From Escherichia phage vB_EcoM-720R8: a DNA stretch of 34,824 nt. Where the stretch lies: sequence record ON470606; one strand, 5' to 3'. Made by a program: the position numbers and the translations under genes. The notes under the pieces were generated by a model. It ran no database searches, was not told where the DNA came from, and saw nothing but the letters and a program-made list of their open reading frames with translations. Position 1 is the stretch's first letter; the number at the start of each line of letters is the position of its first letter. This document shows positions 26,039 to 34,824 of this stretch, piece by piece.

Positions 26039-28318
26039 TTACTCAAATTGATGCCAGAATCCCGACCACTCATCAGCGACCGGATACGTGAATTTTTTCC
26101 CGTCATAATTTACGGTCGCGCCACGCGCCAGCGCCTCAAGCTCCCATCGCTGCGGCCTGATACCGTTCTGAGCAAGGTCAACGCGGATACGGGTGATTTG
26201 CAATCGTTCAGACCGGGTCAGTCTGGCCGATGGCGCTATTTCATGTGGTTTTAACGGGCTTCCGTTTCTTTGCTGACGATTTGGTGTTTTCAGGCCGTGT
26301 TTTAATGCACCCCTGAGCGTCCTCACGACCTCCGGGTCATTCCATTCGATAACACCGTCATCAACCAGATTTAGCACTGCTGCGGCGTGTTCAGAAGGTG
26401 TGGGAGCCGGTAACGAAGTATCACCACCGGTGAGCTTTCCACAGTTATTGACAGGACTCCGAGGCGCGGCGATGCCGCTTTTTAAAGTCAAAGGCTCAAC
26501 GACCGGAACTTTCGGCACAATGCGCCAGTCCGTCGTTCTGGTGATATGAATATGACGCGCGCCGAGATGCGGCGCGTAAATGCCGACCACTCTCTCGACT
26601 TCTTCCTCGTACTCGTTAACGTCATCCGACGGGCTACGGGCGACTCTGACAGTCTGACAATCGCGCGGGACATTTGCCCCACCCTGCGCGCTGATATACA
26701 ACGCAAAATCACCACTGTCTGCGGCGGCGCGTGCAGCCTCGACGCGCTCGTCAAACTCATCAGCAATGCTGACGCCGCGCGGCAATTTGCGTAGTTCACG
26801 GTAAGCCCCCATTGTCGGCAGGCCAACCGTTTTAAATTGCGGGATGCGCCACGTTGACGCCCATGCGGTAACAGCCGCTGCAGTGTCTTTCAGCGGCCTG
26901 CCGGTGTCGTTATCGAGCTGACCATCCAGTGCATAGCCGTCGATGTTTTTTGAAATGTATTTCGCGATATATCCCGCAGCACCGCCCCGGTTAAGGTGTT
27001 TTGCCTGAAAACGGTTTCGCGCGGCTCCTCTTTCGTCACCATCCTCTTTGAGCGCATAGCGACGCATGATTTCGATAATCTGGTTACGCTGGCGTGGATT
27101 ACAAAAAAGCATCATATGCCAGTGCGGCGTTCCGTCGTGGTGTGGCTCGACGACACGCAAACCGTAGACCTGTAAATCATTATCCTTGAATGCCGTGCGC
27201 ATCAGGCTCCAGATGCGGCAGAGATAACGCTGCGCATCCTTTGGATTAAATGCCTCATCGTTCCAGCCGTGATTAAGCTGAACGGTTTTACTTTCGCCTT
27301 TTCTGACCTGACGAGTCGGGTGATACTTTGACGGCGCGGTCAGCGTGATAAACATCCCCACATCACCCTCTGCGGCGGCGTAACGCTCAATACCGGCAAT
27401 GGTGTTCATCAGCTCCATCCGGCGAATTTCAGGATTAGAAATACTGCCCATCACCTTACTGATAAGGTCGATGCGCTCGCCGGTTTCCCTGTTTTCAAGG
27501 TCACACGATTTAAGAAATTCCAGATTTGCCTGGCGGCGCGCACGCACATCACGAATGGCGTGTTTACTGGCATAAGGAGAACGGTCTTTATTGACCTCCC
27601 CGACAGCTATCAGTAACGCTTCATGCCAGCGCATACGCTGGCCTTTAAGCTGATGAGTCCACCACTCATCGTTAAACAGACGGGCAATGGCAGAATATGC
27701 CTGCCTCGTGGTCATCTGCCCTTTACGGTATTTTTTCCAGTAGAGCGGGGAAATATTGAAAGCACGTGCAGCGCCAGCAACATGACCATAGAGGTGAGCC
27801 TGCGCCTCATCCGTAAACAGCGATTCTTTTTCGCCATGCGCATCCACCCAGGCATCGCTGAGTTCCTCATACATCATGAAAAGCTGCGATGAGATACGGG
27901 CAGCAAACTTTTTCAGCTCCTTGTCATTCATTCCCGGCAGGCGCGCATAGTGGTCACGCTCTGCCAGAAACAGCAACGACGCGTCGGTGTTCATTTCATG
28001 GCGCTGATTCACGCGCTCAATGCGCGGCCATAAACGACGCTGAAAAGTGGATGTGAGGAAATAAAACCCGTGCACCGGGCTTTTATTGCGCCGGATGTAG
28101 TCATAGCGTGAAGTAAACAGCGAACGCAAAAAGTAAGGCAGGCGGTTAATCGTGGATAAAACACCTTGCACCTGACGCATCTCGTCACGTGTAAGGGGTC
28201 TTTCGCGCCCGACGGCCTCGCGTGGCGCGTTCCATGCATAAGCACCGGTAAACGCCTTACCGGTGCCTGCAGCAAATGCTGACGGAGGGACAAAACGCCC
28301 GGAGGCTTTAACGGCCAT
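26039..28318 (-). CDS. A: Replication initiation protein A (rolling-circle nickase)
   Basis: 759-aa product from the ATG at 28316..28318 (MAVKASGRFVPP...), which overlaps the upstream ORF stop; the ORF-track entry starts at a TTG 14 codons earlier. Confidence 0.85.
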   Translation of the reverse strand: MAVKASGRFVPPSAFAAGTGKAFTGAYAWNAPREAVGRERPLTRDEMRQVQGVLSTINRLPYFLRSLFTSRYDYIRRNKSPVHGFYFLTSTFQRRLWPRIERVNQRHEMNTDASLLFLAERDHYARLPGMNDKELKKFAARISSQLFMMYEELSDAWVDAHGEKESLFTDEAQAHLYGHVAGAARAFNISPLYWKKYRKGQMTTRQAYSAIARLFNDEWWTHQLKGQRMRWHEALLIAVGEVNKDRSPYASKHAIRDVRARRQANLEFLKSCDLENRETGERIDLISKVMGSISNPEIRRMELMNTIAGIERYAAAEGDVGMFITLTAPSKYHPTRQVRKGESKTVQLNHGWNDEAFNPKDAQRYLCRIWSLMRTAFKDNDLQVYGLRVVEPHHDGTPHWHMMLFCNPRQRNQIIEIMRRYALKEDGDERGAARNRFQAKHLNRGGAAGYIAKYISKNIDGYALDGQLDNDTGRPLKDTAAAVTAWASTWRIPQFKTVGLPTMGAYRELRKLPRGVSIADEFDERVEAARAAADSGDFALYISAQGGANVPRDCQTVRVARSPSDDVNEYEEEVERVVGIYAPHLGARHIHITRTTDWRIVPKVPVVEPLTLKSGIAAPRSPVNNCGKLTGGDTSLPAPTPSEHAAAVLNLVDDGVIEWNDPEVVRTLRGALKHGLKTPNRQQRNGSPLKPHEIAPSARLTRSERLQITRIRVDLAQNGIRPQRWELEALARGATVNYDGKKFTYPVADEWSGFWHQFE

Positions 28319-28583
28319 ATGAGCCAAAAACCTCTGAACAACGCTTGCTGAGTTGCTCAACCTGCGCGTTTAAATCAGCAAAAGACTTTGCGCTTCCGGT
28401 CAGAATATCGTGATGCATCAGGCCGGAAACGAGCTGGCTTAATTTCGGGTAATAACCAACCACCGCCAGCCATTCCTGACCGGCGTTTTTACCGCTTTCC
28501 GCTCTCTTTTTCTCGTGGAGAATAAACTGAAAGCTGTCACTGGTAACGACATAACGTTCGCCAATTTCAATACGAATACTCAT
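28308..28583 (-). CDS. Hypothetical early-operon protein (91 aa)
   Basis: ORF translationally coupled to A (stop overlaps the A ATG); sits where P2 has small early ORFs of unknown function. Confidence 0.6.
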   Translation of the reverse strand: MSIRIEIGERYVVTSDSFQFILHEKKRAESGKNAGQEWLAVVGYYPKLSQLVSGLMHHDILTGSAKSFADLNAQVEQLSKRCSEVFGSYGR

Positions 28584-28804
28584 GCCGTTCTCCGGTAATG
28601 TTTGTTTTTTGCTTCAAAGACTGACTGACAGGAAACACAACGCGTGGCTGACGGATAAGCTGCACGACGGGCAGCAGGTATTGGCGCGTCACACTCTTCG
28701 CAAACCAGCGCAGAAACACCGCAATGCTTTACCCTTGCCGCGTTAATCTGGCGCTCCAGTAATTCAGCCTGTTGTTCCTGAATAAAATCCACGTTGTCCG
28801 GCAT
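28580..28804 (-). CDS. DksA/TraR-type C4 zinc-finger protein (74 aa)
   Basis: CEECDAPIP...CVSCQ four-cysteine motif typical of the TraR/DksA family. Confidence 0.65.
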   Translation of the reverse strand: MPDNVDFIQEQQAELLERQINAARVKHCGVSALVCEECDAPIPAARRAAYPSATRCVSCQSVFEAKNKHYRRTA

Positions 28805-29106
28805 TACCAGCTCCTTTTGTCGTTCAGTTTCTTAAATTCATCAGCGCAATAGCTGGCAATTTCAGCCGTTACTTTTGTCAGTTCGTCTACGGAGGAAATT
28901 TGCTTGTGAAATACAGCGCGTTTCACAAGTAAATTGACCACATCAGACAGGAGGTTTAATTCGTTCTGATAAATCGCGATAACAGATTCAGTTATTTCGT
29001 GTTTTTCTTTATCAAGCCTAAGTTGAATAAGAGACAAATCGCCATTTTTCATAACGGAGATTTTTAAGGCATTGTTCAGTAATACAATTGAACGAGAACA
29101 GGACAT
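28804..29106 (-). CDS. Hypothetical protein (100 aa), AT-rich insertion in the early operon
   Basis: ATG at 29104..29106 preceded by GGAGG; markedly more AT-rich than neighbouring early genes. Confidence 0.55.
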   Translation of the reverse strand: MSCSRSIVLLNNALKISVMKNGDLSLIQLRLDKEKHEITESVIAIYQNELNLLSDVVNLLVKRAVFHKQISSVDELTKVTAEIASYCADEFKKLNDKRSW

Positions 29107-29330
29107 CAAAGCACCTCCCCGCGAGACAATCCGATATTGTGAAATTTTTCCGACTCCTGACTGAGCAGCTCGACTATCTCCACGCGGGATAACTCCGCCT
29201 TTGTGATGTGGCGAATCATGGCGTCAAGATGAGAAGAAAAGCGCGTCGCTGCATCGGCCTGTGCTTCGGTTCTGGCCTGTTGCAGCAGTAATGCGTATTT
29301 ACCGCACTGATTTTCAGAAACTATATGCAT
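29106..29330 (-). CDS. Hypothetical early-operon protein (74 aa)
   Basis: ATG at 29328..29330 preceded by GGAGA; between B and the AT-rich ORF. Confidence 0.55.
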   Translation of the reverse strand: MHIVSENQCGKYALLLQQARTEAQADAATRFSSHLDAMIRHITKAELSRVEIVELLSQESEKFHNIGLSRGEVL

Positions 29331-29393
29331 GACTTTCTCCAGGCAAAAAGAAGCCCCGCACGATTAAGTGCGTTAAAAACTCTGGTTAATTAT

Positions 29394-29894
29394 TTAATGC
29401 AGATATTGCTCTGGTTTAACCGACGTCAGAATTGTCGGTGCATACTCAAACAGGCTGAATAATTCACGTAATGCACGGAATAAAGCATCACGCCAGTAAC
29501 ATGACTCTTCATTAATTCGCCAGTATGGCTGGTTGAATTCTTTTTCAGTCAATCCGGCATGCATAAATAAAGTACGACGCTGACTGACTGTTAAAAAACT
29601 AATATATGCATACTCACTTGCGCCAACCTGACGGCGTTTTGAGAATGCACCACGCAATTCATCAATTGCACATACCAGTCGTTCACGTTCGACGTCGTTC
29701 ATTTCTTCAAAACACATCGTTGCGTGACGCTGTTTTAACTGAGCATGGAAGCAAACCGTTAACCGTTCGCGCTCCATCATCTGATTATAATAATCGCATG
29801 TCTCCTGCCAGCGAGGGACGGCCAGATGCTTACCAATTATCCGGCGCATAGCTGCTGGCTGTTTTTCAACGAGATTGAGCGTCATCACTGTCAT
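29394..29894 (-). CDS. B: Replication protein B (helicase-loader-like)
   Basis: 166-aa ORF (MTVMTLNLVEKQPAAMRRIIGKH...), ATG at 29892..29894, in the position of P2 B. Confidence 0.8.
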   Translation of the reverse strand: MTVMTLNLVEKQPAAMRRIIGKHLAVPRWQETCDYYNQMMERERLTVCFHAQLKQRHATMCFEEMNDVERERLVCAIDELRGAFSKRRQVGASEYAYISFLTVSQRRTLFMHAGLTEKEFNQPYWRINEESCYWRDALFRALRELFSLFEYAPTILTSVKPEQYLH

Positions 29895-30061
29895 TTCCAG
29901 ACCCTCCGGCTTTTCAGAAAGGTCAGAGCCTTTTTTAACGGACTCTGTTTTTTGGTGCGGATAATGATTCCCTTACGCCCCTTACCGTGGGTGATGGTGA
30001 AGTCAATCGCCCTGGGGCTTTCGTTACGCAATAACTGAGCAATACAACGAGGCTCATTCAT
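29891..30061 (-). CDS. Small hypothetical protein (56 aa) between cox and B
   Basis: Internal ATG at 30059..30061 preceded by AAGGAG; the ORF-track entry starts at a GTG (30085) that would overlap cox. Confidence 0.5.
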   Translation of the reverse strand: MNEPRCIAQLLRNESPRAIDFTITHGKGRKGIIIRTKKQSPLKKALTFLKSRRVWK

Positions 30062-30071
30062 ACGGTTCTCC

Positions 30072-30347
30072 TTAACGTGGTTCACCGAGACCTAACCACA
30101 TCAACCAGCCGTCACGAATCTCTTTAGGACGGCTTTCATAAGCCAGTTTTAGTCCGTTATTCCATGCCGGAAGGTATACCCAATATTCACCAGCACGCCC
30201 CGATACTGACTGAGGGTCAGTAATCTCAATAACTGGTAATTTCCCTTTCTCAATCATGCCCCTTACAGCTCTTGGAGTTTTACCAATGAGTTTTGCAAAC
30301 TCCTGATAAGGCACGGCATCAGTCACGCTTACAAGCTGTCTATTCAT
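30072..30347 (-). CDS. cox: Cox, excisionase and early-switch repressor
   Basis: 91-aa ORF; C-terminal ...GEYWVYLPAWNNGLKLAYESRPKEIRDGWLMWLGLGEPR matches P2 Cox as I recall it. Confidence 0.9.
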   Translation of the reverse strand: MNRQLVSVTDAVPYQEFAKLIGKTPRAVRGMIEKGKLPVIEITDPQSVSGRAGEYWVYLPAWNNGLKLAYESRPKEIRDGWLMWLGLGEPR

Positions 30348-30468
30348 CTGCTACGATTCTCCCTTAGTGCTTCTAATGGCTCCTAATGGCTAATTATTGC
30401 CTAAAAGGATAACTCCAGAAGCACAACATTTCACACTATCAGCAAGAAATTACGCAATCGGAGTAATT
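30348..30468. promoter_or_regulatory. Divergent early-control region between cox and C (Pe/Pc promoters and operators)
   Basis: 121-bp gap between divergent cox and C; holds a tandem direct repeat CTAATGGCT at 30373..30381 and 30383..30391. Confidence 0.6.
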
Positions 30469-30768
30469 ATGTCAATAGACGTTTCGGAGAAGTTGAAGCT
30501 AATCCGTGAATCTGAAAGGTTAAACCGTAAAGAATTCAGTGAATTAACTGGTGTAGCCTACAGCTCACTTTCGAGCTATGAGAGCCGGTCAAAAAACGCT
30601 GGAGTTGAAGCCATAATGAAGGTCTTACAACATCCCAGATTTACTAAATATACTTTGTGGTTCATGACTGATCAGGTAGCTCCAGAAGCCGGGCAAATTG
30701 CGCCCGCTCTCGCACACTTTGGGCAAAACGAAACAACGTCGCCCCACTCCGGTCAAAAGACTGGTTAA
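30469..30768 (+). CDS. C: Immunity repressor C
   Basis: 99-aa product from the ATG at 30469 (GGAG 6 nt upstream); C-terminal ...TKYTLWFMTDQVAPEAGQIAPALAHFGQNETTSPHSGQKTG matches P2 C as recalled. The ORF-track entry starts 24 codons upstream. Confidence 0.85.
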   Translation: MSIDVSEKLKLIRESERLNRKEFSELTGVAYSSLSSYESRSKNAGVEAIMKVLQHPRFTKYTLWFMTDQVAPEAGQIAPALAHFGQNETTSPHSGQKTG

Positions 30769-30883
30769 CAATTTATCGTGAATATATTCATCACAAGTGC
30801 CTACTATTGGTGGCTAAATTTCAGCCACCACGAAAAAAGCGATTAGTAGTAGCAAAAAAAAGTACCACTCGGAGGGTTTTCTG

Positions 30884-31897
30884 ATGGCAATCAAAAAACT
30901 CGATGATGGTCGATATGAAGTGGACATCCGCCCTACTGGACGTAACGGAAAACGCATCCGTAGGAAGTTTGATAAGAAAAGCGAAGCTGTCGCTTTCGAA
31001 AAATACACGTTGTACAACCACCACAATAAAGAATGGCTATCAAAACCAACAGACAAACGACGTCTGTCGGAACTGACACAGATCTGGTGGGATTTAAAGG
31101 GTAAACACGAAGAGCATGGGAAATCTAATCTTGGAAAAATTGAAATCTTCACAAAAATAACGAATGACCCATGCGCATTTCAAATCACGAAATCCCTTAT
31201 CAGCCAGTACTGCGCCACCCGAAGAAGTCAGGGTATTAAACCTTCGAGTATCAATCGTGATTTAACATGTATTAGCGGCATGTTTACAGCCCTGATTGAA
31301 GCGGAGTTATTCTTTGGTGAGCACCCTATCAGAGGGACAAAGAGGCTTAAGGAGGAAAAACCAGAAACAGGCTATCTCACACAGGAAGAAATTGCCTTAC
31401 TGCTTGCAGCACTTGACGGCGACAACAAAAAGATTGCGATTCTTTGCCTGAGTACAGGAGCACGTTGGGGAGAAGCAGCTCGTTTGAAAGCAGAAAATAT
31501 CATCCATAACCGCGTCACGTTTGTTAAAACGAAAACAAACAAACCACGCACCGTCCCGATCTCAGAGGCTGTTGCCAAAATGATCGCGGATAACAAACGA
31601 GGTTTTTTATTCCCTGATGCTGATTACCCTCGCTTCAGACGAACAATGAAAGCAATAAAACCGGATTTGCCAATGGGGCAAGCCACACATGCACTAAGGC
31701 ACAGCTTTGCCACTCATTTCATGATTAATGGAGGAAGTATTATCACGCTACAACGGATACTAGGTCACACGCGGATTGAGCAAACTATGGTTTACGCTCA
31801 TTTTGCGCCAGAGTACCTTCAGGACGCCATTTCTCTTAATCCGCTAAGAGGTGGTACTGAGGCCGAGAGTGTCCACACAGTGTCCACAGTAGAGTAA
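30884..31897 (+). CDS. int: Tyrosine integrase
   Basis: 337-aa ORF, GGAGGG upstream; C-terminal catalytic region with HALRHSFATHF...LGHTRIEQTMVYAHF (R, H-x-x-R and Y). Confidence 0.9.
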   Translation: MAIKKLDDGRYEVDIRPTGRNGKRIRRKFDKKSEAVAFEKYTLYNHHNKEWLSKPTDKRRLSELTQIWWDLKGKHEEHGKSNLGKIEIFTKITNDPCAFQITKSLISQYCATRRSQGIKPSSINRDLTCISGMFTALIEAELFFGEHPIRGTKRLKEEKPETGYLTQEEIALLLAALDGDNKKIAILCLSTGARWGEAARLKAENIIHNRVTFVKTKTNKPRTVPISEAVAKMIADNKRGFLFPDADYPRFRRTMKAIKPDLPMGQATHALRHSFATHFMINGGSIITLQRILGHTRIEQTMVYAHFAPEYLQDAISLNPLRGGTEAESVHTVSTVE

Positions 31898-31976
31898 CGT
31901 TTAAGGGCTTTCAGTGGTAATTTATGCCGCTCAAACCCGCATTGTACCGTTGAAAGCCCCTACTGGTGACACCCTA

Positions 31977-32003
31977 AATCTCCCTTACACGGGCTTATTT
32001 TTT
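31977..32003. repeat. attR core (27 bp), identical to 1..27
   Basis: Exact direct repeat; phage int lies to its left and host DNA to its right. Confidence 0.8.
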
Positions 32004-32331
32004 ATGCATAAGCCCTATCCCTGGTCACCGTCTTCCATTGACCACATCGATAGAATCTCCCTTAATAGCACGATGCCTTTCACTTATCGACATCGTGCTC
32101 GCACAGGTTCCGGTTACGCACAGCCAGAACGCGCATGTTTGACGCTTACCAAAAAATGAACCTAAAGCATTGGAATATTTTTGACATCATTTTCTGATGG
32201 CTGCATAAAATAAAAATTCTGCTTTAGTTTCATCTATCTGTTTGTCATTATTACTCACATTCAATAATGGTGTTGAAGAATATCCCATCACAGATAAAAT
32301 AAATATGTGCATGGTAGTCTTGAATCTATTC

Positions 32332-32649
32332 TCACTCTCCACATTTGAATGTCAGACGAGCAACGCCATGTAATCCTGCACCTTCTGTCTTCAGGTCAAC
32401 TATCTGCATTTTTTTGCCCTGAGTAACACAGAAATGAGTTGCATCATTTTTTACTATATTTTCTGCACCAGATATTCTACCCCTGGCTAAAGAAGCTTCG
32501 GCTTCGGTGTAGTATTGGTTATCGAGTTTACGCTGAATATTACTTTTATATGCAAGGCCAAATTTACCGATACTTGTCTCATCATTATGCACAGCACAAC
32601 CAGACATAAGAAAAACACTAATTAATGATATAGCAGCTATCTTTTTCAT
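32332..32649 (-). CDS. yegR: Host lipoprotein YegR
   Basis: 105-aa product from the internal ATG (MKKIAAISLISVFLMSGCAV...) with a lipobox; matches E. coli YegR by recall. Confidence 0.65.
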   Translation of the reverse strand: MKKIAAISLISVFLMSGCAVHNDETSIGKFGLAYKSNIQRKLDNQYYTEAEASLARGRISGAENIVKNDATHFCVTQGKKMQIVDLKTEGAGLHGVARLTFKCGE

Positions 32650-33063
32650 CTCACCTTCCCCCATTAATTACCAACGACACGCTCTGGTGTTTAAATATAA
32701 TAATGGCATGATTATTATAATTGAATAGGATTATAATAAATGTTCTGTACAACATTTCCTACATAAGTAGGAATTACAGACATAGAGGCCCTTCCGGGTA
32801 ACCCCATGGGGGACTTTAATATATTTTGAATAGTATATTGAAGATGCCACTGTTTAGTTGAATATTAGGTATATTCTCTTTTTTAAAATTTATCAGTGGC
32901 TACCGTTAATATTCGCTGTCCCCATTGTAAGGTCCTGGTGGTAAGCACTGAATCCCCATACCTGAACTGACTTTTTATCCTCCGACTTTCATCCTGTTCT
33001 GACTCCACCTTTTCTTTTCTGCTCTACACTATCTACAGACCAATCATAAAGGCACATACGATC

Positions 33064-33963
33064 ATGGCAGAATTTCCCGCCAGCTTACTGATTCTTAATG
33101 GCAAAAGTACTGACAATCTACCCTTGCGCGAAGCAATTATGCTGTTGCGTGAGGAAGGAATGACGATCCATGTGCGGATCACCTGGGAGAAAGGCGATGC
33201 TGCACGATTTGTAGAGGAGGCCCGGAAGTTAGGCGTCGCAACAGTGATTGCCGGTGGTGGCGATGGCACCATTAATGAAGTTTCTACGGCATTGATTCAA
33301 TGTGAGGGGGATGACATACCCGCGCTGGGAATTTTACCATTAGGAACTGCCAATGATTTTGCCACTAGTGTAGGGATTCCTGAGGCACTGGATAAGGCGC
33401 TGAAACTGGCAATTGCCGGTAACGCCATTGCGATAGATATGGCGCAGGTCAACAAACAAACCTGTTTTATTAATATGGCGACAGGCGGGTTTGGGACGCG
33501 TATTACCACAGAAACGCCGGAAAAATTAAAAGCCGCGCTGGGTGGCGTCTCTTACATCATTCATGGCTTAATGCGCATGGACACTCTGCAACCGGACCGT
33601 TGTGAAATCCGCGGTGAAAACTTTCACTGGCAAGGTGACGCCCTGGTCATTGGTATTGGTAACGGGCGTCAGGCCGGTGGCGGTCAACAATTGTGCCCGA
33701 ACGCATTAATTAACGATGGCTTGCTGCAACTGCGCATTTTTACCGGCGATGAAATTATTCCGACTCTCGTATCAACCTTAAAATCTGACGAAGATAACCC
33801 GAATATTATCGAAGGTGCTTCGTCGTGGTTTGATATACAAGCCCCACACGAAATCACTTTTAATCTTGATGGCGAACCGTTGAGTGGGCAAAACTTCCAT
33901 ATTGAAATACTTCCGGCGGCGTTGCGTTGTCGATTACCACCAGATTGTCCATTGTTGCGTTAA
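33064..33963 (+). CDS. yegS: Host lipid kinase YegS (diacylglycerol-kinase catalytic-domain family)
   Basis: 299-aa ORF beginning [16 protein letters not shown] with a GGGDGT nucleotide-binding motif; matches E. coli YegS by recall. Confidence 0.85.
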   Translation: MAEFPASLLILNGKSTDNLPLREAIMLLREEGMTIHVRITWEKGDAARFVEEARKLGVATVIAGGGDGTINEVSTALIQCEGDDIPALGILPLGTANDFATSVGIPEALDKALKLAIAGNAIAIDMAQVNKQTCFINMATGGFGTRITTETPEKLKAALGGVSYIIHGLMRMDTLQPDRCEIRGENFHWQGDALVIGIGNGRQAGGGQQLCPNALINDGLLQLRIFTGDEIIPTLVSTLKSDEDNPNIIEGASSWFDIQAPHEITFNLDGEPLSGQNFHIEILPAALRCRLPPDCPLLR

Positions 33964-34001
33964 TCAAACTATTCTCTGTTGAACCAGGGAGAATCCGTAA
34001 T

Positions 34002-34031
34002 GCCGGATGCGGTGTAAACACCTTATCCGGC
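34002..34031. repeat. REP (repetitive extragenic palindromic) element
   Basis: GCCGGATGCGGTGTAAACACCTTATCCGGC, a classic imperfect REP palindrome between convergent yegS and gatR. Confidence 0.6.
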
Positions 34032-34044
34032 ATACAGAACAATA

Positions 34045-34818
34045 CTACACCGTAATTAATTTTACCCGTGTCTTCTGCAATGCCAGTTTATCCACCTCAG
34101 ACACAGCATCATCGGTAATAATAATGTCAATTTTTTCGATTGGCAGTACCTGATTAAAACCGCGACGATTAAATTTCGATGAATCGAGAACGGCAATCAC
34201 TTTATTCGCCGCTGTCACCATCGCACCGCTAACGGAATAACCTTCATTAAAGGTCGTAATACCATTAACCGCATCAATACCATCAGCACCGACAAACATT
34301 AAATCGGCATTAATATCCTGCAGGGAACGTTCAGCAATAGATCCATGCATAGATCGCGTTTTATGGCGGACCGTGCCACCGCAGACGACCAGAGTAATGT
34401 CTTTATTTTCGGAAAGGGCAAACGCCGCCGGGAGACTGTTGGTAATCACCGTGATATTTTTGGCGGTCATTAATCCTTCGGCGATAAGCATTGTGGTACT
34501 TCCGCTGTCGAGAATAACGGTCATCCCTTCGTGGATCATTTTGACTGCCGCCTGCGCTATTCTGTTTTTCGGCGCGCTGGCGAGCTGAAATCGCTCTTTA
34601 AACCCGACTTCCTGGGTCTCGGTTTCACTATTACCGGACATTATTTTCGCCGCACCGCCATGAAAGCGCGTAACCACGCCTTTTTGTTCGAGAAAGCGCA
34701 AATCGGCACGGATTGTCGCTTCCGAGGCAGCAAATACTCCCGCCAGATCCTGAACAAGCACGGTTCCCTGTTCATTCACTAATTGGATGATCTTATTCCT
34801 TCGCTCGAATGAATTCAT
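34045..34818 (-). CDS. gatR: Host DeoR-family repressor GatR (galactitol operon regulator)
   Basis: 257-aa product from the ATG at 34816..34818 (MNSFERRNKIIQLVNEQGTV...) with an N-terminal HTH; the start is 6 nt from the window edge. Confidence 0.8.
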   Translation of the reverse strand: MNSFERRNKIIQLVNEQGTVLVQDLAGVFAASEATIRADLRFLEQKGVVTRFHGGAAKIMSGNSETETQEVGFKERFQLASAPKNRIAQAAVKMIHEGMTVILDSGSTTMLIAEGLMTAKNITVITNSLPAAFALSENKDITLVVCGGTVRHKTRSMHGSIAERSLQDINADLMFVGADGIDAVNGITTFNEGYSVSGAMVTAANKVIAVLDSSKFNRRGFNQVLPIEKIDIIITDDAVSEVDKLALQKTRVKLITV

Positions 34819-34824
34819 CGTCAT

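Larger units (their letters stand above)
1..32003. mobile_element. P2-like (Peduovirus-type) temperate prophage, apparently complete; integrated with the ogr end at the left and the int end at the right
   Basis: Ordered set of ORFs whose translations match P2 late, lysis, packaging, replication and lysogeny proteins; P2 cos sequence present; bounded by identical 27-bp att core copies at 1..27 and 31977..32003. Recognition is by recall, no search run. Confidence 0.9.

Noticed and set aside
30814-31152. 112-aa minus-strand ORF overlapping the start of int
   Set aside because: Antisense to the well-supported integrase gene and to the C-int intergenic region; no ribosome-binding site.
31914-32159. 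81-aa plus-strand ORF running across the attR core
   Set aside because: It reads through the recombination core and the palindrome; I tested the flank for an ogr-like remnant by translation and found nothing convincing.
1-34824. CRISPR arrays, tRNA or rRNA genes, insertion sequences, retron-like RT plus ncRNA
   Set aside because: No regularly spaced short direct repeats, no tRNA-like cloverleaf candidates noticed, no transposase-like or reverse-transcriptase-like translations in any frame; the only repeats are the att cores, the REP element and the palindromes reported above.

Overview
Almost the whole window (1..32003) is one apparently complete P2-like prophage, bounded by two identical 27-bp att core copies (1..27 and 31977..32003); the remaining 2.8 kb is E. 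coli-type host DNA (yegR, yegS, a REP element, gatR). Gene identities come from reading the six-frame translations against what I recall of phage P2 and E. coli K-12; no database search was run. On the minus strand the order is ogr, D, U, T, E/E+E' (with a -1 frameshift), FII, FI, an AT-rich cargo gene, G, H, I, J, W, V, S, R, lysC/lysB/lysA, K, Y, X, L, M, N, O; then P and Q on the plus strand, cos, a second AT-rich cargo island, and the early region (A, four small ORFs, B, cox, C, int). The two most interesting places are the two P2 accessory-gene hotspots, both filled with AT-rich genes I cannot assign to any family: a 373-375 aa ORF at the Z/fun position (7018..8139) and, at the tin/old position next to cos, convergent 313-aa and 226-aa ORFs plus a DUF2158-like small ORF (23752..25912). 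These are the best candidates for an undescribed phage-defence or superinfection-exclusion system, but that rests on genomic context only. Five N-runs (1957..1970, 14262..14271, 18950..18959, 19182..19191, 23499..23538) interrupt U, S, N and the cos region, so those gene models are approximate.
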